This document shows, piece after piece, positions 1 through 10,609 of a stretch of DNA of 64,000 nt; position 1 is the first letter of the stretch; each line of letters begins with the position of its first letter. Below the pieces are notes generated by a model. The model saw only the letters and a list, made by a program, of their open reading frames with translations. It was not told the DNA's origin and searched no databases. A program made the position numbers and the translations under genes. Source of the stretch: Candidatus Cloacimonadales bacterium. Lineage in GTDB: Bacteria > Cloacimonadota > Cloacimonadia > Cloacimonadales > JAIOQZ01. The stretch covers positions 2,752,001-2,816,000 of the forward strand of contig OY771587.1 in assembly GCA_963674825.1 (NCBI GenBank), read 5' to 3'.

Positions 1-1
1 T

Positions 2-484
2 GTGGAGCTGGATGAACCACGCCTGACCGTCTCCCCTGAAGGTATGCGGGAAGCAGAGAAGATCATGGCCGATTCCAGCCTGGTGTTGCATCCCGGTGGC
101 GGTACGATCGGCGATGGCAACTGGAATCACGCGCTGTTCGTCGAAGCACTCACAAAGCTTGGGCAGCCTGCGCTTGTAATCGGTTCCGAACGCGAGCAGG
201 AAGCTTTCCGCAAGGTGTGCGAACTACCGTTCGTGCAGTACGCGGGTAAGACATCGATTCAAGCCACAGCTGGATTGATCGCGCGGTCCCGATACTTCAT
301 TGGAAATGACAGCGGTCCGGCGCATATCGCCGAAGCGCTCGAGAAACCGGCAATCATCGTCTATCGCGATGACGAAGGGAACTATCGCAGATGGAAGCCA
401 CTCAACAAGACAACGCTTGCACTCTTTTCGAATCGCCCTTCCGCTGAAAACATCGATAGTATTCTGGCTTTCAACGAGGAATAG
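2..484 (+). CDS. Glycosyltransferase family 9 (heptosyltransferase-like), 5'-truncated by window edge
   Basis: LHPGG, GKTSI..TAGLI, FIGNDSGPAHIAEAL motifs typical of the GT9 C-terminal half. Confidence 0.85.
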   Translation: MELDEPRLTVSPEGMREAEKIMADSSLVLHPGGGTIGDGNWNHALFVEALTKLGQPALVIGSEREQEAFRKVCELPFVQYAGKTSIQATAGLIARSRYFIGNDSGPAHIAEALEKPAIIVYRDDEGNYRRWKPLNKTTLALFSNRPSAENIDSILAFNEE

Positions 485-490
485 TAATCT

Positions 491-1582
491 ATGCCATACA
501 AGATTTTGATTTCGAATTCCAATCCGCCCGAGCTCTGGGGTGGTGGCGAGATGTGGCTGATGGACATCGCGCGTGATTTGACTGCCGATGGCCATGCAGT
601 GACGATCAATTCCCATCCTGATTCCCGGCTTTATAAGGAAGCGAAGGATGCGGGGATCGAGGTATGCGACTTCGGTATTCGCAGCAATCTGGATTTCCTA
701 CGGGCACCGTACTTCGCGATCAAGTTGAAGAAATACGACGTCTTGATCCTGAACATCATCCGCGACGTGAAGGTCCTTGGATTGGCTGGAAAGCTTGCCG
801 GCGTCCCGGTGATCATAAGCCGGCAGGGAATGATCCTCGTGGGGCCCAAGAAGCGGCATGGTCTCTACATGAAGCTCGTCGATGTGATCCTCACCAACAA
901 TTTCACGCAGAAGAAGCTCTACGATAGCTATCCGTGGATTACACCGGACAAGGTGCGGGTCGTGTACAACAGGCTGCGGATCGAAGGCGATGTGCCGCAG
1001 TATAATTTGAAGAAGAAGATTGGGATTCCACAGGATTCGATTCTGATGGTCTCGGTGGGCAGACTTTCCGGGATGAAAGGATTCGACCTTTTGCTCAATG
1101 CGCTTTCATCAATCAAGGACCGATTTCCCGATCTGCATCTGGCTATGTTTGGCACAGGCCCGTTGAAGGACGATCTCACGGAACTCCGGGACAAGAATGG
1201 CCTTACGGACCGTATTCACTTCATGGGCTATCAGGAGAAGCCGTTCCAGATGATCCAGGCGGCTGACGCACTGGTGCTGTCATCACGCAGGGAAGGATTT
1301 CCTTCGGTGGTGTTGGAGGCGATGGCGCTCAAAACGCCAGTGATCGCAACACCCGTGGGCGGTGTTTGCGAGTTGGTTGAAGACGGTATGAACGGCTATT
1401 TGGTGAAGGAAATCACGCAGGAAGCTATCGCCGAGGCGATCACGCGCTTCGTGGAGCATCCTGAGCAGCATCAGACGATTATCGACAACGCCTACCGCAT
1501 CGTGTACGAAAAATTCTCCAAGGAAAAGACTCTCGGCGACATGAACAAGCTGATGACGGAGATCTACAACTCGAAGAAATAA
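491..1582 (+). CDS. Glycosyltransferase family 4 (GT-B)
   Basis: GGGE N-terminal motif, VGRL..MKG, SSRREGFPSVVLEAMA, ATPVGG. Confidence 0.9.
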   Translation: MPYKILISNSNPPELWGGGEMWLMDIARDLTADGHAVTINSHPDSRLYKEAKDAGIEVCDFGIRSNLDFLRAPYFAIKLKKYDVLILNIIRDVKVLGLAGKLAGVPVIISRQGMILVGPKKRHGLYMKLVDVILTNNFTQKKLYDSYPWITPDKVRVVYNRLRIEGDVPQYNLKKKIGIPQDSILMVSVGRLSGMKGFDLLLNALSSIKDRFPDLHLAMFGTGPLKDDLTELRDKNGLTDRIHFMGYQEKPFQMIQAADALVLSSRREGFPSVVLEAMALKTPVIATPVGGVCELVEDGMNGYLVKEITQEAIAEAITRFVEHPEQHQTIIDNAYRIVYEKFSKEKTLGDMNKLMTEIYNSKK

Positions 1583-1594
1583 GAGCATCCTGAT

Positions 1595-1620
1595 TGGAGC
1601 GCCAAGCCCCTGCTTGGCAT
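1595..1620. repeat. REP-like palindrome (TGGAGCGCCAAGCCCCTGCTTGGCAT)
   Basis: GCCAAGC/GCTTGGC stem between convergent genes; closely similar arms at 53848-53921 and 53952-54025. Confidence 0.6.
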
Positions 1621-1698
1621 TAGGATGTGATATGGTAGCCGGAATAAAAAACCGGCACTTTCGCACCGGTTTGCAACGTCTATTGATCAAAGTGTTGT

Positions 1699-3192
<1,494 letters not shown>

Positions 3193-3324
3193 TTATACAA
3201 AACATGGGAGGCACGATTTTTGTCAAGATGGAAATAGTCGATAAGTTTCTATCGCCCTGCTTACAAAGAAGATATGATACGGCAAATACGATTATCTGTG
3301 TCAGATGCGTCAGGTAATTGTCAT

Positions 3325-3918
3325 CTAGGCAATTTCGTCGTTCTGCATCGGATTGGCGAGGATCGATAGCATAAGGACATCATGAAACTCATTGCCGTAA
3401 TCGTATTGTCTCAGCAGACCTTCCTGCTGAAACCCCAGTTTCTCCAGTAAGTGAAGGGAGGCTATATTCTGGGGAAGTACGCAAGCTTGTATTCTGTGTA
3501 GATTCAAGTCCTGAAATCCGAAATCCAGCACCAATTTCAGAGCTTCTGTCATGATTCCCTGGTTCCACATTGCGCGAGATAAATAGTACGAAATCTCGGC
3601 CATCGATTTCCTGATGAATCCTCCGAGGTCGCACCTCCCGATTACTTCACCACTATCCTTCCACTCGATACACCATGTGAATACAAGTTTTGATTTCAAG
3701 CACCTTCCGTTGAGGTTGTCGATCCAGCGTTGCGCATCTTCCCGACTTTTAGGTATTAAAATCGAACCGAGATATTGCTGTACTTTTCTGTCTGTGAAAA
3801 AGGCCATGTAAGGTTCAATGTCGTCATACCCAAATGGGCGAAGAATCAAACGTTTGGATTCAAGAACCGGGATTTCCTTAAAGTGATCATTGAACTTCAT
3901 ATTTTCAAGCATCTCCAT
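3325..3918 (-). CDS. GNAT N-acetyltransferase, RimJ/RimL family
   Basis: LESKRLILRP, WNQGIMTEAL, LHRIQA, NIASLHLLEKLGFQQEG. Confidence 0.9.
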   Translation of the reverse strand: MEMLENMKFNDHFKEIPVLESKRLILRPFGYDDIEPYMAFFTDRKVQQYLGSILIPKSREDAQRWIDNLNGRCLKSKLVFTWCIEWKDSGEVIGRCDLGGFIRKSMAEISYYLSRAMWNQGIMTEALKLVLDFGFQDLNLHRIQACVLPQNIASLHLLEKLGFQQEGLLRQYDYGNEFHDVLMLSILANPMQNDEIA

Positions 3919-4581
3919 TCTATGATATCCGCATGCAATTTCTTATAAAACGAATATCGAGTTTTTATGATATCGTTGAATTCTTACAGGTTTGTCGGAA
4001 TTCGCTACTTGTCAAGATGGAAATCGCAGAAAATTATGGGAAGAACACGGGTTAAAATTTCGTAAAATGTACTTCGGGGTTGTTTGCCGCTCTACGAAGA
4101 AAATCAGGGCCAAATCGCGAGGATTACCCTTGTTCTGCGCATCGAAAAGGATCGCTTAATTTTATAACTTCAACAAAACGTAATTGTTTGTCATTCGGTC
4201 GATTTCGATTAGAATATACTATGTAAAGAAAGAGTACGCTGCCTGGAAAAAATCGAACCGGGGATAACACGACGGGATAGCGCTGTAGCTGACGCCTTTC
4301 ATGCCGGAACAGGCGTACAATCCTATCATCAACAGCGATTTTGAGTGCACATTGGAGCTACTTGAAAGCGTGAAACACCATATCTTGATTTACGTTTTCT
4401 GAGTGAAAACGATTCGTCATGAGGCTAAGTCGAACGCTGTCAGGCAATATCGCATGGATAACAGCGACGACGGTTCTGATCATAATTTCTTAAGCGAATT
4501 TTGATTTGACACGATTGACCTGTCGAAATTCATAGGGTACGAATGTAATAAAATAATTATAGATCACAAGGAGGAATTTTC

Positions 4582-7320
4582 ATGAGCGAAAACATGAAAC
4601 GCATTTACCTGTTTGGTAATGGAAAAGCTGAAGGCAGCACTGGAATGAAGAACCTGCTTGGCGGTAAAGGCGCCAACCTCGCCGAGATGAACCTTATCGG
4701 CGTGCCCGTCCCCGCAGGTTTTACTATCACAACCGAAGTTTGTACCGAATACAATACCATCGGCCCGGAAAAAGTGAAAGCACTTCTCGAACCGGAAGTT
4801 CAGAAGGCGATCGCGGCAACGGAAGAAATTATGGGAATGAAGTTCGGTGACGCGGTTAATCCGCTTCTGCTGTCTGTTCGCTCTGGTGCTCGCGTCTCTA
4901 TGCCCGGCATGATGGACACTGTCCTCAACCTCGGTCTCAACGAAGAGGTTGTAGAAGGTCTGGCGAAGAAGAGCGGCAACGACCGTTTCGCATGGGACTC
5001 TTATCGTCGTTTCGTTCAGATGTACGGCGACGTCGTGCTCGATATGAAGCCGGTCTCTAAAGAAGATATCGACCCGTTTGAAGAAATCATCGAAGCTGTG
5101 AAAGAAGAAAAGGGTGTCGAAGAGGATATCGATCTCACCACCGACGACCTGAAAGAACTTGTTACACGCTTCAAAAAGGCCGTGAAAGACAATACCGGCA
5201 AAGACTTCCCGACCAATCCGTGGGATCAGCTTTGGGGCGCGGTTTTTGCAGTTTTCAATAGCTGGATGAACGAGCGCGCGATCCTTTATCGTCAGCTCAA
5301 TCACATCCCCGAGGAATGGGGAACAGCTGTAAACGTACAGTCGATGGTCTATGGTAACATGGGCGACAACAGCGCGACTGGCGTAGCTTTCACCCGTGAC
5401 GCCGCTACCGGCGAAGACATCTTCAACGGCGAATTCCTGGTCAACGCACAGGGCGAAGACGTGGTTGCGGGTATCCGTACACCGCAGCAGATCACCGTGG
5501 AAGGCTCCCGTCGCTGGGCAGTGCTTCAGAATATTGACGAAGCAGAACGCAAAGCGAAATTCCCGTCACTCGAAGAAGTGATGCCGGAAGTTTACAAGGA
5601 ACTCGATGCTACTCAGCAGAAGCTGGAAGATCATTATAAAGACATGCAGGACCTGGAATTCACTATCCAGGACGGCAAGCTCTGGCTGCTTCAGACTCGT
5701 AACGGCAAGCGCACCGGCGCTGCGATGGTCAAGATCGCCAACGATATGCTCGAACAGGGCTATATTGACGAGAAGACCGCTCTTATGCGCGTCGAACCTA
5801 ACAAGCTGGACGAGCTGCTTCACCCGGTTTTCGATCTGGATGCGCTTGCAAAAGCCACCCCGATCGCCAAGGGCCTTCCCGCATCTCCAGGCGCTGCAAC
5901 CGGCCAGATCGTGTTCTTCGCTGACGAAGCCGAAGAATGGGTCGCCGACAAGAAACAGGTTGTTCTGGTCCGTATCGAGACCTCTCCTGAAGATCTTCGC
6001 GGTATGAACGTCGCTGCCGGTATCCTTACCGCTCGCGGCGGTATGACCTCGCACGCTGCCGTGGTTGCTCGCGGCATGGGCAAGTGCTGCGTCTCCGGCG
6101 CCGGCACCATCAAAATCAACTACAAGACCCGCACCCTCGAAGCCGACGGCAAGACCTTCAAGGAAGGTGACTGGATATCCCTGAACGGCTCTACCGGTGT
6201 TGTTTATGAAGGCAAGGTTGAGACCCGTGATCCCGAACTCAGTGGTGACTTCGGCAAGATCATGGACCTCAGCGATAAATATACTCGCATGTATGTCCGC
6301 ACCAACGCCGACACCCCGCGCGACTCCGTGGTTGCTCGCGGATTTGGCGCGAAGGGTATCGGGCTGTGCCGTACCGAGCACATGTTCTTCGAAGGCGACC
6401 GCATCAAGGCCGTCCGCGAGATGATTCTCGCCGAGACCGAAGAAGGTCGCCGCAAAGCCCTCGACAAGCTCCTCCCGATCCAGCGCGAAGACTTCGAAGG
6501 AATCTTCGAAGCCATGGACGGACTGCCTGTCACCATCCGCCTTCTGGATCCGCCGCTGCACGAATTCGTACCGCATGAGGAAGAAAACCAGAAAGAGATG
6601 GCCGAAGAGCTCGGAATCACCCCCGAAAAGGTGAAATCGATCGTCGATTCACTGGCTGAATTCAACCCTATGCTTGGTCACCGTGGCTGCCGTCTGGGAA
6701 TCACCTATCCCGAAATCACCGAGATGCAAGCTCGCGCGATCATCGAAGCTGCGCTGAACGTTTCGGCGAAGGGTATCAAGGTCTTCCCGGAAATCATGGT
6801 TCCGCTGATCGGTACTCAGGCTGAATTCGTCTTGCAGGAAGAGATCATCGAACGTGTAGCCGAAGAAGAATTCGAGAAAGCTGGACGCCGCCTCGAATAC
6901 CTTATCGGTACCATGATCGAGATCCCGCGCGCTGCCCTGACAGCAGACAAGATCGCTGAACGCGCTGAATTCTTCAGCTTCGGCACAAACGACCTTACCC
7001 AGATGACGTTCGGATACTCCCGCGACGACGCCGGTAAGTTCCTGCCCATCTATACGGCGAAAGGTATTCTTGCTCACGATCCGTTCCAGGTTCTCGACCA
7101 GGAAGGTGTGGGCCAGCTCGTAGAGATGGGAACCAATAAAGGTCGCTCGACACGCCCCGACCTCAAAGTCGGTATTTGTGGCGAGCATGGCGGAGAGCCG
7201 ACATCGGTTAAATTCTGTCATCGCGTCGGCATGAACTACGTAAGCTGTTCACCTTATCGCGTACCCATCGCAAGATTGGCTGCGGCTCAGGCTGCAATTG
7301 AAGAAGAACAATCGAAGTAA
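4582..7320 (+). CDS. ppdK: Pyruvate, phosphate dikinase
   Basis: LLGGKGANLAEM, SVRSGARVSMPGMMDT, phospho-His GGMTSHAAVVARG, GLCRTEHMFF, GICGEHGG; AAGGAGG RBS. Confidence 0.98.
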   Translation: MSENMKRIYLFGNGKAEGSTGMKNLLGGKGANLAEMNLIGVPVPAGFTITTEVCTEYNTIGPEKVKALLEPEVQKAIAATEEIMGMKFGDAVNPLLLSVRSGARVSMPGMMDTVLNLGLNEEVVEGLAKKSGNDRFAWDSYRRFVQMYGDVVLDMKPVSKEDIDPFEEIIEAVKEEKGVEEDIDLTTDDLKELVTRFKKAVKDNTGKDFPTNPWDQLWGAVFAVFNSWMNERAILYRQLNHIPEEWGTAVNVQSMVYGNMGDNSATGVAFTRDAATGEDIFNGEFLVNAQGEDVVAGIRTPQQITVEGSRRWAVLQNIDEAERKAKFPSLEEVMPEVYKELDATQQKLEDHYKDMQDLEFTIQDGKLWLLQTRNGKRTGAAMVKIANDMLEQGYIDEKTALMRVEPNKLDELLHPVFDLDALAKATPIAKGLPASPGAATGQIVFFADEAEEWVADKKQVVLVRIETSPEDLRGMNVAAGILTARGGMTSHAAVVARGMGKCCVSGAGTIKINYKTRTLEADGKTFKEGDWISLNGSTGVVYEGKVETRDPELSGDFGKIMDLSDKYTRMYVRTNADTPRDSVVARGFGAKGIGLCRTEHMFFEGDRIKAVREMILAETEEGRRKALDKLLPIQREDFEGIFEAMDGLPVTIRLLDPPLHEFVPHEEENQKEMAEELGITPEKVKSIVDSLAEFNPMLGHRGCRLGITYPEITEMQARAIIEAALNVSAKGIKVFPEIMVPLIGTQAEFVLQEEIIERVAEEEFEKAGRRLEYLIGTMIEIPRAALTADKIAERAEFFSFGTNDLTQMTFGYSRDDAGKFLPIYTAKGILAHDPFQVLDQEGVGQLVEMGTNKGRSTRPDLKVGICGEHGGEPTSVKFCHRVGMNYVSCSPYRVPIARLAAAQAAIEEEQSK

Positions 7321-7329
7321 CGAATATGG

Positions 7330-7352
7330 GCCCGGAAGATATTCTTCCGGGC
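7330..7352 (+). terminator. Hairpin after ppdK (possible terminator or stabiliser)
   Basis: GCCCGGAAGA-tat-TCTTCCGGGC perfect 10-bp stem; no clear U-tract. Confidence 0.45.
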
Positions 7353-7424
7353 ATTCTAAATTGTCGTAACGGTGCAGCCGGTCCGGCGTTGTATCTATGA
7401 ATTCGCATCAATCAAAGGAGCATC

Positions 7425-7643
7425 ATGAAAGGCAAAGTAAAGTGGTTTAACAGCAACAAAGGATACGGATTCATCCTGTCCGACGACAATACCGAATACT
7501 TCGTACACTGGAAATCGATTGTCACCAAGACTCCGACAGAACTCAAAGTTCTGTATCCTGACGAACTCGTTGAATTTGATCTTATGAATACCGATAAAGG
7601 AATTCAGGCCATCAATATTATTCGCCTGAACCCTATTTCATAA
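7425..7643 (+). CDS. Cold-shock domain protein
   Basis: MKGKVKWFNSNKGYGFI (RNP1), YFVH (RNP2); AAGGAG RBS. Confidence 0.95.
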   Translation: MKGKVKWFNSNKGYGFILSDDNTEYFVHWKSIVTKTPTELKVLYPDELVEFDLMNTDKGIQAINIIRLNPIS

Positions 7644-7681
7644 TAACGGCTGATCCTCCCCATCTCCGTTTAATGCATACG

Positions 7682-7715
7682 CCGCAGGGATGAATAATCT
7701 CTGCGGTTGTTTTTT
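7682..7715 (+). terminator. Rho-independent terminator after cold-shock gene
   Basis: CCGCAGGGAT-gaata-ATCTCTGCGG followed by TTGTTTTTT. Confidence 0.7.
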
Positions 7716-7732
7716 AGTCGAGGTAGGAGAGA

Positions 7733-7756
7733 TGCGGACGAGACGTCCGCGTTCCA
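7733..7756. repeat. REP-like palindrome (TGCGGACGAGACGTCCGCGTTCCA)
   Basis: GCGGACG/CGTCCGC stem; near-identical copy at 54249-54273. Confidence 0.7.
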
Positions 7757-7807
7757 TACGGCTTCTATTTTCATTGACGATTCAGGCCATCCGTTTTTTC
7801 TAATCCC

Positions 7808-9550
7808 ATGCAAAGGATATCGCAACCACCCATGACAAGGCAGGAGATGGAGTCTCTTGGCTGGAACGAGCTCGACGTGATCATCGTAACCGGTGACGCG
7901 TTCATTGATCACCCGGCGTTTGGCAGTGCGCTGCTGGCGCGTCTGCTGATCGCGGACGGCTATCGTACCGGCGTGATCGCGCAGCCGCAGACAGATGAGG
8001 ACTATACCCGTCTGGGTGTACCAAGACTTTTCTTCGGTGTTACGTCGGGGAATGTCGATTCTATGGTAGCAAACTACACCGCGCTGAAAAAGCCACGCTC
8101 CGACGACGCCTATACGCCCGGCGGAGAAGGCGGTAAGCGACCGGATCGTGCCACAACTGTCTATTCGCAGGCGATACGCCGACTGTTCAAGGACGCGACC
8201 ATTGTGCTGGGCGGTATCGAGGCCTCGCTGCGGCGCGTTCCGCACTACGACTACTGGTCGGAGAAGGTGCGGAACAGCATCCTGCCCGAAGCGCGTGCTG
8301 ATATCCTCGTTTACGGCATGGGCGAGAGGCAGATTCTCGAGATTGCACGGCGACGACGGGACGACCTTGAGCTGAGCGATATTCCCGGAACCGTGATTTC
8401 GCTTCCAAAGGATGCGATTGTTGAAGGCGTGCAGCTTCCCACTTGGGAAGAGGCGAAGTCACCGGAAGGCTATCTGAAGCTGTTCCAGATATTCGATCGG
8501 AACTACCGCCAACATATACTATTCCAGGATTTCGCCGGAAGGAAGCTGGTTCATTATCCACCGCAGGAACCGTTGGAAACCAGAGAACTTGATGAGCTCT
8601 ACAAGCTGCCATTCTCTCGCAAGCCGCATCCGAGCTACAAGGGTGCGCGCATCCCGGCGTTCGAGCAGATTCAACACTCCATCACCGCGCATCGCGGTTG
8701 CTTCGGTGGTTGTAGTTTCTGTGCTCTGTCCTATCACCAGGGGCGTGCCATCCGTTCACGTAGCGAACAATCGATTGTCTCCGAAGTGCGCGACATGGCG
8801 GCGGATGATGATTTCAGGGGTACCATTACCGATATTGGCGGTCCCACGGCAAATATGTATGGTCTGAGCTGCAAGCGTGGCTTTCCGGTGGATTGCGGAC
8901 GCGCGTCCTGCCTGGTGCCGGATGTATGCCCGTTTCTCGAGACCGGGCACGATGATTACCTGCGTTTGCTGGATAAATCCACGAAAGTGCCGGGTGTGAA
9001 CCATCTTTTCATTGCTTCTGGCATTCGTTTCGACCTCGCGTTGAAGGACAGACAGTTCATCAAGGAACTGGCGAAGCGATACACTGGAGGACACCTCAAG
9101 CTGGCCCCCGAGCATCGTTCGGAGAATGTCCTGCACTATATGAACAAGCCCGGTAACCGGCCATACGACGAGTTTTGCATAATGTTTGAGGAAGATTCAA
9201 ACAAGGCCGGAAAGAAGCAATATGTGCTTCCGTACCTCATCGCAGGGCATCCGGGTGAGTCGCTTAGAGACACGATCGAGCTGGCGTTATGGCTGAAGAA
9301 GAACAACCTGCGGATTCGGCAGATCCAGCAGTTTACACCCACACCAATGACGCGCAGCACCTGCATGTATTTCACGGGTGTCGATCCAACGACTAGCCAG
9401 AAGGTTCACATCCCGAAGGGTCGCGAAGTGAGGCTCATGAAAGCGCTTATGCAATGGTATGTTCCAGAGAATCGCAAACTAGTTATCGAAGCGTTACGGT
9501 CGTCAGGACGAGGCGATCTGGTCAGTGTCTTTCAGTCCGATCGTAAATAA
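7808..9550 (+). CDS. YgiQ/UPF0313 family radical SAM protein
   Basis: VTGDAFIDHPAFG, GNVDSMV, GGIEASLRR, CxxxCxxC in HRGCFGGCSFC, DIGGPTANMY, LKLAPEH. Confidence 0.95.
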   Translation: MQRISQPPMTRQEMESLGWNELDVIIVTGDAFIDHPAFGSALLARLLIADGYRTGVIAQPQTDEDYTRLGVPRLFFGVTSGNVDSMVANYTALKKPRSDDAYTPGGEGGKRPDRATTVYSQAIRRLFKDATIVLGGIEASLRRVPHYDYWSEKVRNSILPEARADILVYGMGERQILEIARRRRDDLELSDIPGTVISLPKDAIVEGVQLPTWEEAKSPEGYLKLFQIFDRNYRQHILFQDFAGRKLVHYPPQEPLETRELDELYKLPFSRKPHPSYKGARIPAFEQIQHSITAHRGCFGGCSFCALSYHQGRAIRSRSEQSIVSEVRDMAADDDFRGTITDIGGPTANMYGLSCKRGFPVDCGRASCLVPDVCPFLETGHDDYLRLLDKSTKVPGVNHLFIASGIRFDLALKDRQFIKELAKRYTGGHLKLAPEHRSENVLHYMNKPGNRPYDEFCIMFEEDSNKAGKKQYVLPYLIAGHPGESLRDTIELALWLKKNNLRIRQIQQFTPTPMTRSTCMYFTGVDPTTSQKVHIPKGREVRLMKALMQWYVPENRKLVIEALRSSGRGDLVSVFQSDRK

Positions 9551-9590
9551 ATCCTTGCCACACAAGCTGGATTCAATTCAGTAGTTCTCT

Positions 9591-10364
9591 ATGGATGGAC
9601 ATGCAATTTTAGTTTACGGAATGCTTCTACTCGCCGGAGGTCTGGCGGGATTTATCAATACGCTCGCTGGCGGTGGCTCCGTTTTGGTTCTGCCTGTGCT
9701 GATAACCCTCATCGGAATGGATGCAAACGTAGCCAATGCCACTAATCGTGTGGCTGTTCTGGTGCAAAACATATCCAGTGTTCACCACTTCAGGAAACGC
9801 AATTTGATCGAGATCAAGGGACGCTGGCACATCTTTCTATCGGTGATTATCGGTTCGCTGCTTGGGACCATGTGGGCTGTGAACATCAGCAGTCGTATGT
9901 TCGAGATTATCTTAGCGTTTATCCTCATCGGAATTGTGATCATGATGATTCGTCCACCTAAGATGAAAGACAAGCGCAAGAACGTCCCCGCGTGGGTTGA
10001 AAGCTTGCTTTTTATCGCAATCGGTTTCTATGGCGGATTTATCCAGGTGGGCGTGGGGCTGATTTTGCTGGCGTCGCTGAACCTCATCGAAAGCCTTGAT
10101 CTGGTGCGTGCAAATGCGCTTAAAGTGACGATCGTGTTGTTCTATACGGTATGCTCAGTGTGCATCTTCGCAGTATCGGGTACGGTGATTTGGAAATACG
10201 GAATTATCCTGTCGGTGGGTAATTATATCGGGGCCTGGATCGGTGTTCGCTCGGCGGTGAAGAAGGGTGAGAAGATCATCCGTCTGATTCTGATTGTGTC
10301 GGTAATCCTCGGTAGCCTTGAACTGCTGGGTGTGTTCGACTGGGCGCTGGGATTATTAAAATAA
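9591..10364 (+). CDS. TauE/SafE (TSUP) family membrane transporter
   Basis: AGFINTLAGGGS, ANATN, GFYGGFIQVGVG; about 8 hydrophobic segments. Confidence 0.9.
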   Translation: MDGHAILVYGMLLLAGGLAGFINTLAGGGSVLVLPVLITLIGMDANVANATNRVAVLVQNISSVHHFRKRNLIEIKGRWHIFLSVIIGSLLGTMWAVNISSRMFEIILAFILIGIVIMMIRPPKMKDKRKNVPAWVESLLFIAIGFYGGFIQVGVGLILLASLNLIESLDLVRANALKVTIVLFYTVCSVCIFAVSGTVIWKYGIILSVGNYIGAWIGVRSAVKKGEKIIRLILIVSVILGSLELLGVFDWALGLLK

Positions 10365-10445
10365 CCCCCCTTAGTCCCCCCCCTTGTCAGGGTGGTGGGA
10401 GGAAAGACCCTCACCCCAGCCCTCTCCCATAAATGGGCGAGGGGG
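10365..10445. repeat. Two C-rich REP-like palindromes (CCCCCCTTAGTCCCCC.. and CCCTCACCCCAGCCCTCTCCC..GGGCGAGGG)
   Basis: The second element matches, on the opposite strand, the two CCTCACCC..CCCTCTC elements between dnaK and dnaJ. Confidence 0.6.
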
Positions 10446-10470
10446 AAGAGAGAATAATTGAAGTAATCTG

Positions 10471-10608
10471 GCCATCCACCCGCATCTACGCCCGATCCCG
10501 CGGCTAACGTGGATATACCGCGACTTCGTAACTATCGGACACGAGAATTAAACCGCGGAACACCACGCCAGCCGCGCGATCAAACGAATCTGCTGGGTGG
10601 AGTGTGGC
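10471..10608 (-). repeat. Long structured hairpin element, copy A (candidate ncRNA or ssDNA element)
   Basis: Nested inverted repeats; shares five conserved blocks with 29689-29817, with compensatory changes in the stems. Confidence 0.75.
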
Positions 10609-10609
10609 T

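Noticed and set aside
10471..10608. Integron attC site or simple terminator
   Set aside because: No RYYYAAC/GTTRRRY core ends, no integrase or cassette array, no U-tract; too long and too loop-conserved for a terminator.
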